From positions 1 through 64,000 of the forward strand of contig CAVUZH010000020.1 in assembly GCA_963745835.1 (NCBI GenBank): a stretch of 64,000 bases of DNA. The letters are read 5' to 3'. Of this stretch, positions 52,946-61,979 are shown one piece after another. The DNA is from an uncultured delta proteobacterium (GTDB taxonomy: Bacteria; Desulfobacterota; Binatia; UBA9968). Each line of letters begins with the position of its first letter. The stretch's first letter is position 1. The translations under genes were made by a program, and so were the position numbers. The notes beneath the pieces are model-generated. The model was not told the origin of the DNA, made no database searches, and saw only the letters and a list, made by a program, of their open reading frames with translations.

Positions 52946-53220
52946 TCAGAGGACAACGGGTTTTTTGACGAGGCTTTCGCTAACGAAAGGGAAATTGTCC
53001 GCGAGCCAGGCGTCGATTCCGCCTTCGAGTGGGCGAACCCTGGTGATTCCTTTGGCTCGCAGCAGCAGCGCTACACGGGCGCTGGTCGCTTCGTTGGGTC
53101 ACGAACAGTAGAGAACGACGTCGCGATCCCGGGGAATCTCCGTAGCGCTCTTCGATCTCTTCCATGGTTAACTCGCAGCCATGGGCTGGCGAAGTCGACA
53201 ATTGAAAGTTCTTTGGCCGT
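52946..53220 (-). pseudogene. Rhodanese-domain selenoprotein remnant (YCS-U-PNE)
   Basis: Frame from 53140: EIPRDRDVVLYCS[TGA 53101-53099]PNEATSARVALLLRAKGITRVRPLEGGIDAW...; upstream part frameshifted and deleted. Confidence 0.75.
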
Positions 53221-53236
53221 AAGATCAGAAACCAGC

Positions 53237-53627
53237 GATGTAGACTTGCCTGACTCGACTAAGTCTTCTCCAAACGATTGGCTGATCTTCGAGGATCGGA
53301 ACCAAGAAACTTGCCACCCTGGGAAGAGAGATAACCCTGTTCAAACACCGCCTCGCGGATGTCCGATTGCAGGATGCGTGCTGTCGGGCAGCGATCGACC
53401 TCCAATAAAAAGTGGAAGTGATTCGAGATCAAGACATAGGTGTCGAGAGAGATAGCGCTAGAGCACGGTCGGAAGCGCTTCGATGAAGGCCCAATAGTCA
53501 CTTTGCCTGATAAAAATCTTTGGCCTTCATGCACCAGGGCGTCACGTGATGACAACCTTTAACATAACTCGCGGGTGACGCGGCATCCCCAGCCTATAGG
53601 ATTAGTCGCCTAGGCAAGTCTGACGCC
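53237..53627 (-). mobile_element. Degenerate RAYT (Y1 HUH transposase) element with terminal inverted repeats
   Basis: ATG 53586 MPRHPRV; KIFIRQSDY.AFIEAL; YVLISNHFHFLLEV (HUH); internal deletion after ARILQS; ends AGACTTGCCT..CGACTA / TAGTCG..AGGCAAGTCT. Confidence 0.75.
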
Positions 53628-53989
53628 GAGTTTCTTGCGTAAGCTAACTCATTTAGCAGTCTCGAATGGATTAAGTCAATCAATTGGCACAACTGAGTCG
53701 AACACATCGTCATTGATTTGCGCCACCCAATCGCCGATTTCACAATCCATGCCGCGAAGGGGCAACAATGGACCACGGCGCTAAATCAGCTTAATTCGTT
53801 GGCGCCGGAAAAACGACGATGAATACATCCGCATGATAACGTCGCTTCATACGGCGAATTCTCGGTAAGAAAGCAAAAGTAAAGACGCGACCCTACGCCG
53901 GCGCTCACGTCTGCGTCAGAACGCGTTTCTTTACTTCAGTAACGAATCATTCGGGATTACCCAGGCAGAATGCCTGACGTTAAAAGAGA

Positions 53990-54226
53990 TCGAATGGCGT
54001 TGACTACTTAAAACGAGGAAGTACCCCAACACCAGGCGCTCGTCGTGCGAGTTATTGAATCGATACAGCGGGCTTAAGCAACGGATGATCGGTGAGCGGT
54101 TCGGCGGGTAGGATGAGGGGTTGGCGCGGTCGCAGACGAGACGGGAAAGGATCGAGCCGGAACCGAAGATCCGAAAGTGGTTTCAGGATCTCTCGCGCTT
54201 AAGTACTTAAGTCAAGATTTGACCCC
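53990..54226 (+). pseudogene. C-terminal HTH fragment of a second RAYT-type transposase plus its end motif
   Basis: ELLNRYSGLKQRMIGERFGG*DEG...EPKIRKWFQDL followed by TAAGTCAAGATTTGACCCC. Confidence 0.55.
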
Positions 54227-54496
54227 AACCGACCCACAACGCCATGAGAGAAATGACGTCGCGTTATCAAACTCAAAAAAGCGACGGCGGACATTTTAAT
54301 CTGCATCAAGTCAGGTGAGTGCTCTCTCATTCCCCGCCCTCCAACGGCGCTCTCAAACTCTCCGACCCTTTCAGCTTCCAACAGCCGGTCTCCTTGACGA
54401 ACGTGCGGAACTTCGCATAGCGTAAAGCTCGCAGCCGACAAAACTTTTCTGTGTAGCGGCCGCGCGATTGATCACAAATACAGGGGAGGACACCAC

Positions 54497-56158
54497 ATGG
54501 CTGATAGTAACAATGGGTTAGACAAGATCTCCGCGCTCAATCCCGTTGGATATGCGCCAAAAGTGACCCCGAAGCCGATGGCGCCGCGGCTCGACGGCCT
54601 CGACGGCAAGACCATTTACTTGGTCGATCCGCGCTTCGATGACTCCGGCCTTTTTCTGCGCCAGGTGCAAGACTGGTTCGGCGAGCACATGCCTTCGGTC
54701 AAAACTAAGCTCGTCGAAATGTCGAGCGTCTACACCAAGGACGATCCGAAAACGTGGGAGATGATCAAGGCCAACGGCGACGGCGCGATTATCGGTGTCG
54801 GCCATTGAAGCACCTGCGCGCCGGCGGTCGCCGTGCATGCAATCGCGCTTGATAGTAAATACGGTGTTCCCACCGTTGCTATCCATACCAACGTCTTCGA
54901 GAAAGCCGTGCAGTCGGTGACACGCATGCACGGCATGCCCGAAGCGCGCCACACGTTCGTTCCCCAGCCGGTGATGGGCAAGACCGCGGCGCAGCTGCGC
55001 GCCTACGTCGACGGCAAAAGTCCGATCAGCGGCCGGCCGGTGATGCAGGAAGTCATCGAAGGTCTCACCCGTCCGGCCGAGGGAGATCGGATCAGAGAAA
55101 CCAAATTCGAGCGTACTACGCCGCGGCTCGTGGACGCCGACTCTGACGAGAACCTGCAGCGATTGTTCCTCGACAATAATTGGACCGACAAACTGCCGAT
55201 TGTTTTGCCCACGGAAAAGCGCGTAGTGGAAATGCTCTCTCACACGAGCCACAAGCCGGGCGAAATCGCCGGACATATTCGCTCGAACCAGTTTCGCCAG
55301 CACTGGGAATTTACTGTCGAGCAAGTCGCGGTCAACGCGGTGATGGCGGGCGCCCGCCCGGAATATTTTCCGGTCATTCTCGCTCTCGCAGCCAGCGGCG
55401 TGAGCGCGCGCGGCAGCACGACCAGCTCCATGGCGGCAATGGTCGTCGTCAACGGCCCGATCCGAAACGAGATCGCCATGAACTCCGGCACCGGCGCCAT
55501 GGCGCCGTACAATCATGCCAATGCGACCATCGGGCGCGCCTACGGCTTGCTGTCGCAAAATCTCCAGGGCGGCTCGATTCCAGGGGACAGCTACATGGGC
55601 TCCCAGGGCAACGGCTATGCCTACGGCACGGTCACATTCGCTGAGAATGAGGAACGCAGCCCGTGGACACCGTTCCACACGCAGCACGGATTCAAGCCGA
55701 CCGACAGCACGGTGAGCATATTCACCGGCTGCCGCTCGACCGCGTTTACCCTCGGCGTGCGCGAGAAGTACTGGCGCGAGCACGTGCGCAACATGCTACG
55801 CGGCATGGACGCACACAGCGCGCCGACGTTTTTGCTCGATCCCATCGCCGCGCGTCAGTACATCGACCGCGGCGGGTTTGACACCAAGGAAAAGCTCATC
55901 CAGTGGATTTATGAAAACGCATTGATGCCGGCCGGCGAATACTGGGATTATCAGTTGATTCAGAATTACATCTACCCACGCGCGACCTTCGGCGAGGAAC
56001 CCTACGCCTCCAAGCTGAAAGCCGCCCCCGACGAGATGGTCAAGATGTTCAAGCCCGACGAAATTCACGTCGTGGTCGTCGGCGGCGAAACCAATGGCTA
56101 CTGGCGCATCATGGGATGCAGTTATCAGAAAACTGTTTCGGTGGATGAGTGGAGATAG
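54497..56158 (+). CDS. Predicted selenoprotein, 553 aa: UGSC-like UxxC domain (Sec104) fused to a WTDxLP-type partner domain
   Basis: In-frame TGA at 54806-54808 in IIGVGH-U-STC-APAVAVHAIALDSKYGVPTV; frame stays open to TAG 56158; GGAGG RBS at 54497 but none evident at 54833; SECIS-like hairpin follows. Confidence 0.88.
54815..54841 (+). promoter_or_regulatory. Putative bacterial SECIS element
   Basis: TGCGCGC-CGGC-GGTC-GCCG-TGCATGCA hairpin; G-starting apical loop begins 17 nt after the UGA. Confidence 0.65.
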
Positions 56159-56170
56159 ATTTACTGGCTC

Positions 56171-56297
56171 GTTCAAAACGTTCAAGCCGTTCAACCGCTA
56201 CGCTCCGTTCAAACCCCCACCTCTCGTCCTCCCCCGCGACGCGGGGGAGGATGAAGGAGGGGGCTTCAACGATTTGAACTTTTTGAACGGCTTGAAC
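56171..56297. repeat. Composite palindromic element: 9-bp GTTCAA/TTGAAC arms around a GC-rich REP-like hairpin
   Basis: GTTCAAAAC GTTCAAGCC GTTCAACC...; core TCCTCCCCCGC GAC GCGGGGGAGGA; ...TTTGAAC TTTTTGAAC GGCTTGAAC. Confidence 0.75.
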
Positions 56298-56311
56298 CAA
56301 AGAATCTAAAT

Positions 56312-57241
56312 ATGTCTGAGTATGATGTAATCGTCGTCGGTTCCGGCCTCGCCGGGTTAACCGCCGGCTTGTTTTCCGCGCGGCACGGCCTTTCCACTCT
56401 GATTTTGGAATCGAATATTCCCGGCGGGCATCTCATCAGCATCGAGAAGATCGAGGATTTCCCCGGTTTTCCGGATGGCATCGCCGGTTATGACCTTTGC
56501 CCGACAGTTCAGCGCCAGGCGGCGGACCACGGAGCCGAGTTTGAACGCGCCGAAGTCGTCAAGCTGGAAGCCAAAGATCGTTTCTGGTCGGTTGCAATCG
56601 ACGAACAATCGCATCTCACCAAAGCCGTCATCGTCGCCACGGGTTCGGCGCTCAAAGAACTCGGCGTGCCTGGCGAAGAGAAACTGATGGGTCGAGGCGT
56701 AAGCCACTGCGCAAGCTGCGATGGCCCGCTCTACGACGGCCAGGTCGTCGGCGTGGTCGGCGGCGGTGACTCCGCGCTCCAGGAAGCGCTGACACTTGCC
56801 AATTTCGCGCAGTCGGTTTTAGTTTTTCAGCGCGAAGCAAGTTTTACCGGCCATCGTTGGTATCTCGACCGAGTATTGAACGAGTCGAAGATCGCGCCAC
56901 GCTATCGAACCACCGTCGAAGAGGTTTTGGGCGATGATAAACTCAGCGGCGTGCGGGTGCGCAACGTGGGTACAAGCGAGACATCTGAAATCGAGCTGGC
57001 AGGCTTATTCGTTTATGTCGGCTTGAAGCCGAATACTGCGTTGTTGAAAAATGTTCTAACGCTCAGCGACACCGGCCACGTGCCAACGGACGGCTGGATG
57101 AAAACCGAGCGGAACGGCCTGTACGCCGTAGGCGACATTCGCCAGGACTCGGCGGCGCAGGCGATTACGTCGGCGGGCGACGGCGCGACCGCGGCGATTG
57201 CGGCGTATCGATACATAAAGAGCCAGTTTCATGGAAGCTGA
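56312..57241 (+). CDS. trxB: Thioredoxin reductase-like flavoprotein
   Basis: GSGLAG, GRGVSHCASCDG (CxxC), GGGDSA, YAVGDIR, QAITSAGDG. Confidence 0.85.
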   Translation: MSEYDVIVVGSGLAGLTAGLFSARHGLSTLILESNIPGGHLISIEKIEDFPGFPDGIAGYDLCPTVQRQAADHGAEFERAEVVKLEAKDRFWSVAIDEQSHLTKAVIVATGSALKELGVPGEEKLMGRGVSHCASCDGPLYDGQVVGVVGGGDSALQEALTLANFAQSVLVFQREASFTGHRWYLDRVLNESKIAPRYRTTVEEVLGDDKLSGVRVRNVGTSETSEIELAGLFVYVGLKPNTALLKNVLTLSDTGHVPTDGWMKTERNGLYAVGDIRQDSAAQAITSAGDGATAAIAAYRYIKSQFHGS

Positions 57242-57285
57242 GGTCGGCAGAAACCAACTGGGATTTTCCGATTTCGCGCACGCGC

Positions 57286-57350
57286 GTCGTTCCCGTGAAA
57301 ACGGGAACCCAGGTTTGCATAGTCTGGACTCTCGCCTCCGCGGCAGTGAC
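57286..57350. repeat. Non-autonomous copy of the GIY-YIG-flanking REP pair
   Basis: GTCGTTCCCGTGAAAACGGGAACCCAGG...CTGGACTCTCGCCTCCGCGGCAGTGAC, matching the ends of 62858-63127. Confidence 0.75.
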
Positions 57351-57367
57351 GAACGCGAGGAGAAAGC

Positions 57368-58423
57368 ATGAGAAGGTCTGCAATCCGGGTTAGCGTTATC
57401 GCCTCACTCATGTTTGCCGCTTGCATTCTATTTCTTACCCGGCCTCTCCACGCCCAACCCAACTTCTTCCAGGGAACATCGGTGAGAATCATCCGCGGCG
57501 GCCAGCCGGGCGATCTCTATGACCTATGGACGCGCCACATTGCAACTTATTTGGGAAAACACATTCCGGGAAATCCAAGCGTCACAGTGCAAAACATGCC
57601 GGGCGCGGGTTCGGTGATTGCGGCCAACTATGTGTACAACGTCGCCAAGCCGGACGGCCTCACTCTGGGCTCGCTCAATTCGGCCATCTACATGGATCAA
57701 CTGATCGGCCGCAAGGAAGTCCAGTTCGATTGGGCGAAGTTCAATTGGATCGGTACACCGGAACCGACCGAGCTGCTGTTCATTATGCGCGGCGACAGTC
57801 CGTATAAATCCATCGACGATATGCGCAAGGGCGGCGAGTCGCCAAAATGCGGCTCCACGGGCACCGCTTCGATCACCTATCACATTCCCAAGCTCCTCGA
57901 CGACGTGCTCGGCGCCAAGTCCACCATCATTGCCGGCTATCAAGGCGCCGGCGATATCGACGTCGCCCTCGAACGCGGCGAGTTGCAGTGCCGGCTGATC
58001 ACCATCGCGGCGTTTTTTGGCCGCGAGCCGCATATCTCCTGGTATAAAAAGGGGTTCACTCGTCCACTCGTGCAAACCGGCCGCAAGCGGGATCGCTTGT
58101 TACCGGATACGCCTACTTTTCATGAGCTATTGGATCGCTACAAGGCGAGCGACGCCGATCGCCGCTTGGTCACGTTGATTACCGCGTCCAATGAGTTTGG
58201 GCGGCCGTGGACCGCGCCGCCGAACATGCCCGCCGATCGAATCAAGATCCTTCGCGACGCTTGGGATAAGACGCTCAAAGATCCCGATCTCCTGGCCGAT
58301 GCAAAGAAGCGCGGCTGGCCCGTCGACCCCATCAGTGGTGAACAGCTCTCCGAATTGGCTAAAGAAGTAATTGCGCAGCCGCCCGAGGTGGTGGCGAGAT
58401 TGAAGAAACTCTTGGCAGAGTAA
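57368..58423 (+). CDS. TctC/Bug family tripartite tricarboxylate transporter substrate-binding protein
   Basis: Signal peptide, KHIPGNP, NMPGAG, AKPDGLTL, GY.G..D...ALERGE. Confidence 0.9.
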   Translation: MRRSAIRVSVIASLMFAACILFLTRPLHAQPNFFQGTSVRIIRGGQPGDLYDLWTRHIATYLGKHIPGNPSVTVQNMPGAGSVIAANYVYNVAKPDGLTLGSLNSAIYMDQLIGRKEVQFDWAKFNWIGTPEPTELLFIMRGDSPYKSIDDMRKGGESPKCGSTGTASITYHIPKLLDDVLGAKSTIIAGYQGAGDIDVALERGELQCRLITIAAFFGREPHISWYKKGFTRPLVQTGRKRDRLLPDTPTFHELLDRYKASDADRRLVTLITASNEFGRPWTAPPNMPADRIKILRDAWDKTLKDPDLLADAKKRGWPVDPISGEQLSELAKEVIAQPPEVVARLKKLLAE

Positions 58424-58451
58424 GATTAGTTTAAATTTTCGCAATGTTTTA

Positions 58452-58578
58452 CAGGCCGATCAAAAAGGCCCAGATGCGAGGCGCGCGATTTATCGACGAG
58501 CGTAGGCGTACGTTAATGGTTACGTTGGAGCGAGGCGGTTGAGCGCAACAAAGCAGGTGGACCTTTTTCATCGGCCTG
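58452..58578 (+). mobile_element. MITE-like element, family A
   Basis: Terminal inverted repeats CAGGCCGATCAAAAAGG / CCTTTTTCATCGGCCTG. Confidence 0.72.
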
Positions 58579-58590
58579 ATAGGAGGTTTT

Positions 58591-59694
58591 ATGCCGGCTA
58601 AATATCGCGCCGACCACATCGGCAGCCTGCTTCGACCCGCTGAGCTGCTGCAAGCACGGAACGCAAGTTCTGACACCGTGCAGCTGCGCGCGCTCGAGGA
58701 CAAACACATCCTGCGGGTCATCGCGCGTCAGAAGGATCTCGGCTTCAAGATCTTTACCGACGGGGAGCTGCGCCGCAACAACTTCATGAGCGATTTCAAC
58801 GACGCCGTGGAAGGCATCGATGAAGGCGTGGCCGTGGCGCGCACTTGGCAAACCGGCACGGGCCCATCGTCCCGCCCTTCCATGGTGCCAGGCACGATCG
58901 TGGCCAAAATCAAACAGAAACGGCGTCTCACCGGTCATGAATTCGCTTTCATCAAGCAGCACAGCCCCGGCGACATCAAGGTCACCTTGCCCACCGCCAA
59001 TCAGTTTCCAGCGATCTATTATAAGAAAGGCATCAGCGACAAAGTCTATCCGAACTACTCCGATTTCTTGTGGGATATCGTGCCAATCTTCAAGGCGGAG
59101 ATTCAGGCGTTGGTCGATGAAGGAGCGCAGTACGTGCAAATCGACGCGCCTCGCTACAGCTATTACATCGATCCGAAATGGCGCAGCTACGTGAAAAATG
59201 AAATGGGGCTCGATCCCGACCAGGCGCTCGACGAAGCGATTAACATTGACAACGCTTGTCTGGAAGGCGCGAAACGGGCGGGCGCAGTTCTGGCGATTCA
59301 CCTTTGCCGCGGGAACAACCGCAGCCAGTGGTACGCCGAAGGCGGCTACGACGCGATCGCGGAAAAATTATTCGGCCGGCTCAAGGTCGATGCTTTTCTC
59401 CTCGAGTACGAGTCCGAGCGCGCCGGCACCTTCGAACCTCTGCGCTTCGTGCCGCGCGGTAAGACGGTGGTCCTGGGCCTCGTCAGCAGCAAGCTGGCTG
59501 ATATGGAATCGCCGGATCATCTCGCAAGAAGAATCGACGAAGCGAGCAAGTACGTACCGCTCGAGAATCTCGCTCTCAGCCCCCAATGCGGCTTTGCTTC
59601 GACCATGGAAGGCAACCTGCTCACGGAAGACCAACAGTGGCAAAAACTTGGCTTGGTCGTCGAGACAGCGCGCAAGGTATGGAGCACAGTTTAA
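58591..59694 (+). CDS. Cobalamin-independent methionine synthase II-like (single-barrel MetE/YxjG family) zinc enzyme
   Basis: RADHIGSLLRP, TDGELRR, HLCRGNN, LLEYE, SPQCGFAS. Confidence 0.9.
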   Translation: MPAKYRADHIGSLLRPAELLQARNASSDTVQLRALEDKHILRVIARQKDLGFKIFTDGELRRNNFMSDFNDAVEGIDEGVAVARTWQTGTGPSSRPSMVPGTIVAKIKQKRRLTGHEFAFIKQHSPGDIKVTLPTANQFPAIYYKKGISDKVYPNYSDFLWDIVPIFKAEIQALVDEGAQYVQIDAPRYSYYIDPKWRSYVKNEMGLDPDQALDEAINIDNACLEGAKRAGAVLAIHLCRGNNRSQWYAEGGYDAIAEKLFGRLKVDAFLLEYESERAGTFEPLRFVPRGKTVVLGLVSSKLADMESPDHLARRIDEASKYVPLENLALSPQCGFASTMEGNLLTEDQQWQKLGLVVETARKVWSTV

Positions 59695-59757
59695 CTTTGA
59701 CGCCTTAGATCGTTGGTGGTATCTATCGTCGCGCTCAAGAACACCCAAGGAGGCAAC

Positions 59758-60951
59758 ATGAGACGGCTGATTTGCGCTGCATTCTTTATTGTGCTCGCAC
59801 TGTTCGCTTCAAGCTCCGAAGGCGAGAGTCAGACGATCAAAGTCGGTGCGGTCGTGCCACTCACCGGCCGTTACGCGGCGCTCGGCGGCCAGGTCAAAAC
59901 CGGTTATGAGCTTGCCGTCCAGCACATCAACGCGGCCGGCGGTGTGTCGGTCGGCGGCAAAAAAATGCAGATCGAGCTGACGATGCTCGACGACGAGTCC
60001 GACCCGACCAAAACCGTCGCGCGCCTGGAAACACTCGCCACCCAGGGCGTGGTTGCCTACCTGGGCGGAGCGGGCTCCGATCTCCATGGCGCGGCGGCTT
60101 CCATCGCCGATAAGAACAAAATTCCCTACCTCGGCGTCGCTTTCGCCTTCTATGGAATCCACCAGCAGGGGCTGCGCTATCTCTTCTCGCCCTTTCCCAA
60201 ATCTCCCGACCTGACCAGAGAAACTTTTGTTTTTCTCGATGCGATGATTCCCGCCGCACAGCGGCCGCGTAAAGTTGCGCTGTTTCTCGAACGGACGGAC
60301 TGGGGAAAGGAGATGGGCTCTGGTTGGCAAGGTCTCGCCAAGAAACATGGTTACGAAGTGGTCGCCAGCGGCGAATACGCGCCCGGCTCAAAGGATTTTT
60401 CGGATCTGATCCTGAAAGCCAAAACAGCGGACGCCGAAGCGGTGTTTGCGCTGCCGTCGCCGCCCGACGGCATGACGATCGTCAAACAGATGAAAGAATT
60501 GGATTTCAACACCAAGGTGAATCTCTTCATCCGCGCCGCCGATCCACCCGTATGGTCGCAGAACTTGAGCAAAGACGGCGATTACGTGCTGCTTTCGCCC
60601 GGCTGGCACTTCGCCGCGAAGTATCCCAGAGTGAGCGAGATCAACGACGCGCATCAAAAATTATTCAACCGGCCGGCCGATCCTCTGGTCGGTCCGTCCT
60701 ACGCTTGCTTGCAGATCCTTGCCGATGCGGTCACGCGGGCCAAGACGATTGACCGCGATAAGCTACGCGATGCCGTCGCCGCGACGAAAATGACGACGGT
60801 CGTCGGCCCCGTGCGCTTTCGCTCCGACGGGACCGGCGAAGTCAAAGTGTTTTTCCAGCAATGGCTCAAAGGCAAGCAGGAACTCGTCTGGCCCAAGGAG
60901 TTCGCCACTGCGTCGTTCGGCTATCCCGCGCCACCGTTCGACAAGCGATAA
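59758..60951 (+). CDS. Branched-chain amino acid-type ABC substrate-binding protein
   Basis: IKVGAVVPLTG, DDESDP; GGAGG RBS before ATG 59758. Confidence 0.9.
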   Translation: MRRLICAAFFIVLALFASSSEGESQTIKVGAVVPLTGRYAALGGQVKTGYELAVQHINAAGGVSVGGKKMQIELTMLDDESDPTKTVARLETLATQGVVAYLGGAGSDLHGAAASIADKNKIPYLGVAFAFYGIHQQGLRYLFSPFPKSPDLTRETFVFLDAMIPAAQRPRKVALFLERTDWGKEMGSGWQGLAKKHGYEVVASGEYAPGSKDFSDLILKAKTADAEAVFALPSPPDGMTIVKQMKELDFNTKVNLFIRAADPPVWSQNLSKDGDYVLLSPGWHFAAKYPRVSEINDAHQKLFNRPADPLVGPSYACLQILADAVTRAKTIDRDKLRDAVAATKMTTVVGPVRFRSDGTGEVKVFFQQWLKGKQELVWPKEFATASFGYPAPPFDKR

Positions 60952-60995
60952 CCTTTTTGACGCATACGTAAACAGCGACAAGAACGGAGAATAAA

Positions 60996-61219
60996 AAGCA
61001 CGAAATCCGAAGCACGAAGCTCTAAACAAATTCGAATGATCCAAGCATGGCAAATTCCAAACGAGCCCAAATCGGATTCGAGGTTTTGGATTTTCTGGTT
61101 TTGGATTTATTTTGGCTCCGGTTTGTTTCGAATTTCGATATTCGGATTTCGGATTTACCCTTGTGGGGTTTGTTTCGGTCTGCGGGCCTCTTTCGTGCTT
61201 CGAATTTCGGATTTGGATT
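60996..61219. repeat. Heptamer-repeat palindromic element
   Basis: AAGCACG AAATCCG AAGCACG AAGCTCT...; complementary arms TTTCG AATTTCG ATATTCG GATTTCG and TTTCG TGCTTCG AATTTCG GATTT. Confidence 0.7.
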
Positions 61220-61253
61220 CCTTGGGATCTTGGCGCGACAAATCTGCAATCTA

Positions 61254-61976
61254 GTGTCCCTCCTAACACTCGCATCCGTTTCTAAGTCTTTTGGCGGTGT
61301 CACCGCCGTAAAAAATGTCAGTTTAACTGTCGAACCCGGCGAGATCCTGGGCGTCATGGGCCCCAACGGCTCGGGAAAAACGACGCTGTTCAACCTCGTG
61401 AGCGGTGCGCTGGCGCCGGACAGCGGGGAAATCCGTATCGACGGCGAGTGCACCAACGGCTTACGCCCTCATCAACTCTGCCGGCGCGGAGTTGCGCGCA
61501 CGTTCCAATTGGTTCGGCCGTTTCTCGCGTTGACGGTATCGGAGAACGTCCTAGTGGGCCTCGGCTACGGGCGGGAGAAACTCAGCGGCGCGCCGGCACG
61601 TCAAAGGGTGGCGGAACTTCTAGACTCCGCAGGTCTGTTTGGACGATCGGATCGCCTCGCAAGCACACTCACGGTCATGGATCGCAAGCGCCTGGAGCTG
61701 GCGCGCGCGCTCGCGACGTCGCCCAAGCTTTTGCTGCTCGATGAGTTCATGGCGGGTTTGACACCCACTGAAACCGCGGCGGCGCTTCGCCTCATCAGGG
61801 AACTGCAGCGCCAAGGTCTAACAATCGTGCTGGTCGAGCATATCGTCTGGGCTTTGCTTGACGTTTCCCATCGCATCGTGGTGCTGAGCGCCGGGGAAAA
61901 AATCGCCGACGGCGCGCCGGCCAAGATCGCCAACGATCCGCAGGTGATCGAAGTCTATCTCGGCGGAAACACGTGA
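61254..61976 (+). CDS. livG: Branched-chain ABC transporter ATP-binding protein
   Basis: GPNGSGKTT, ARTFQ, LLLDE, VEH, VIEVYLG; likely GTG start at 61254. Confidence 0.85.
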   Translation: MSLLTLASVSKSFGGVTAVKNVSLTVEPGEILGVMGPNGSGKTTLFNLVSGALAPDSGEIRIDGECTNGLRPHQLCRRGVARTFQLVRPFLALTVSENVLVGLGYGREKLSGAPARQRVAELLDSAGLFGRSDRLASTLTVMDRKRLELARALATSPKLLLLDEFMAGLTPTETAAALRLIRELQRQGLTIVLVEHIVWALLDVSHRIVVLSAGEKIADGAPAKIANDPQVIEVYLGGNT

Positions 61977-61979
61977 AGA

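Noticed and set aside
54518-55783. 421-aa minus-strand ORF and similar long antisense ORFs (e.g. 49442-50380, 50726-51604, 58513-59301)
   Set aside because: Antisense to well-supported genes in GC-rich sequence; no recognisable motifs
54833-56158. Independent 441-aa gene starting at GTG 54833
   Set aside because: No evident RBS, and it would split the UxxC domain; better explained by Sec read-through
60996-61219. Possible CRISPR array (also the TTGAAC tracts)
   Set aside because: Units are 7-9 bp with no unique spacers, and no cas genes are present
61047-61253. N-terminal extension of LivG
   Set aside because: Translated from the heptamer repeat; ABC homology begins at about 61254
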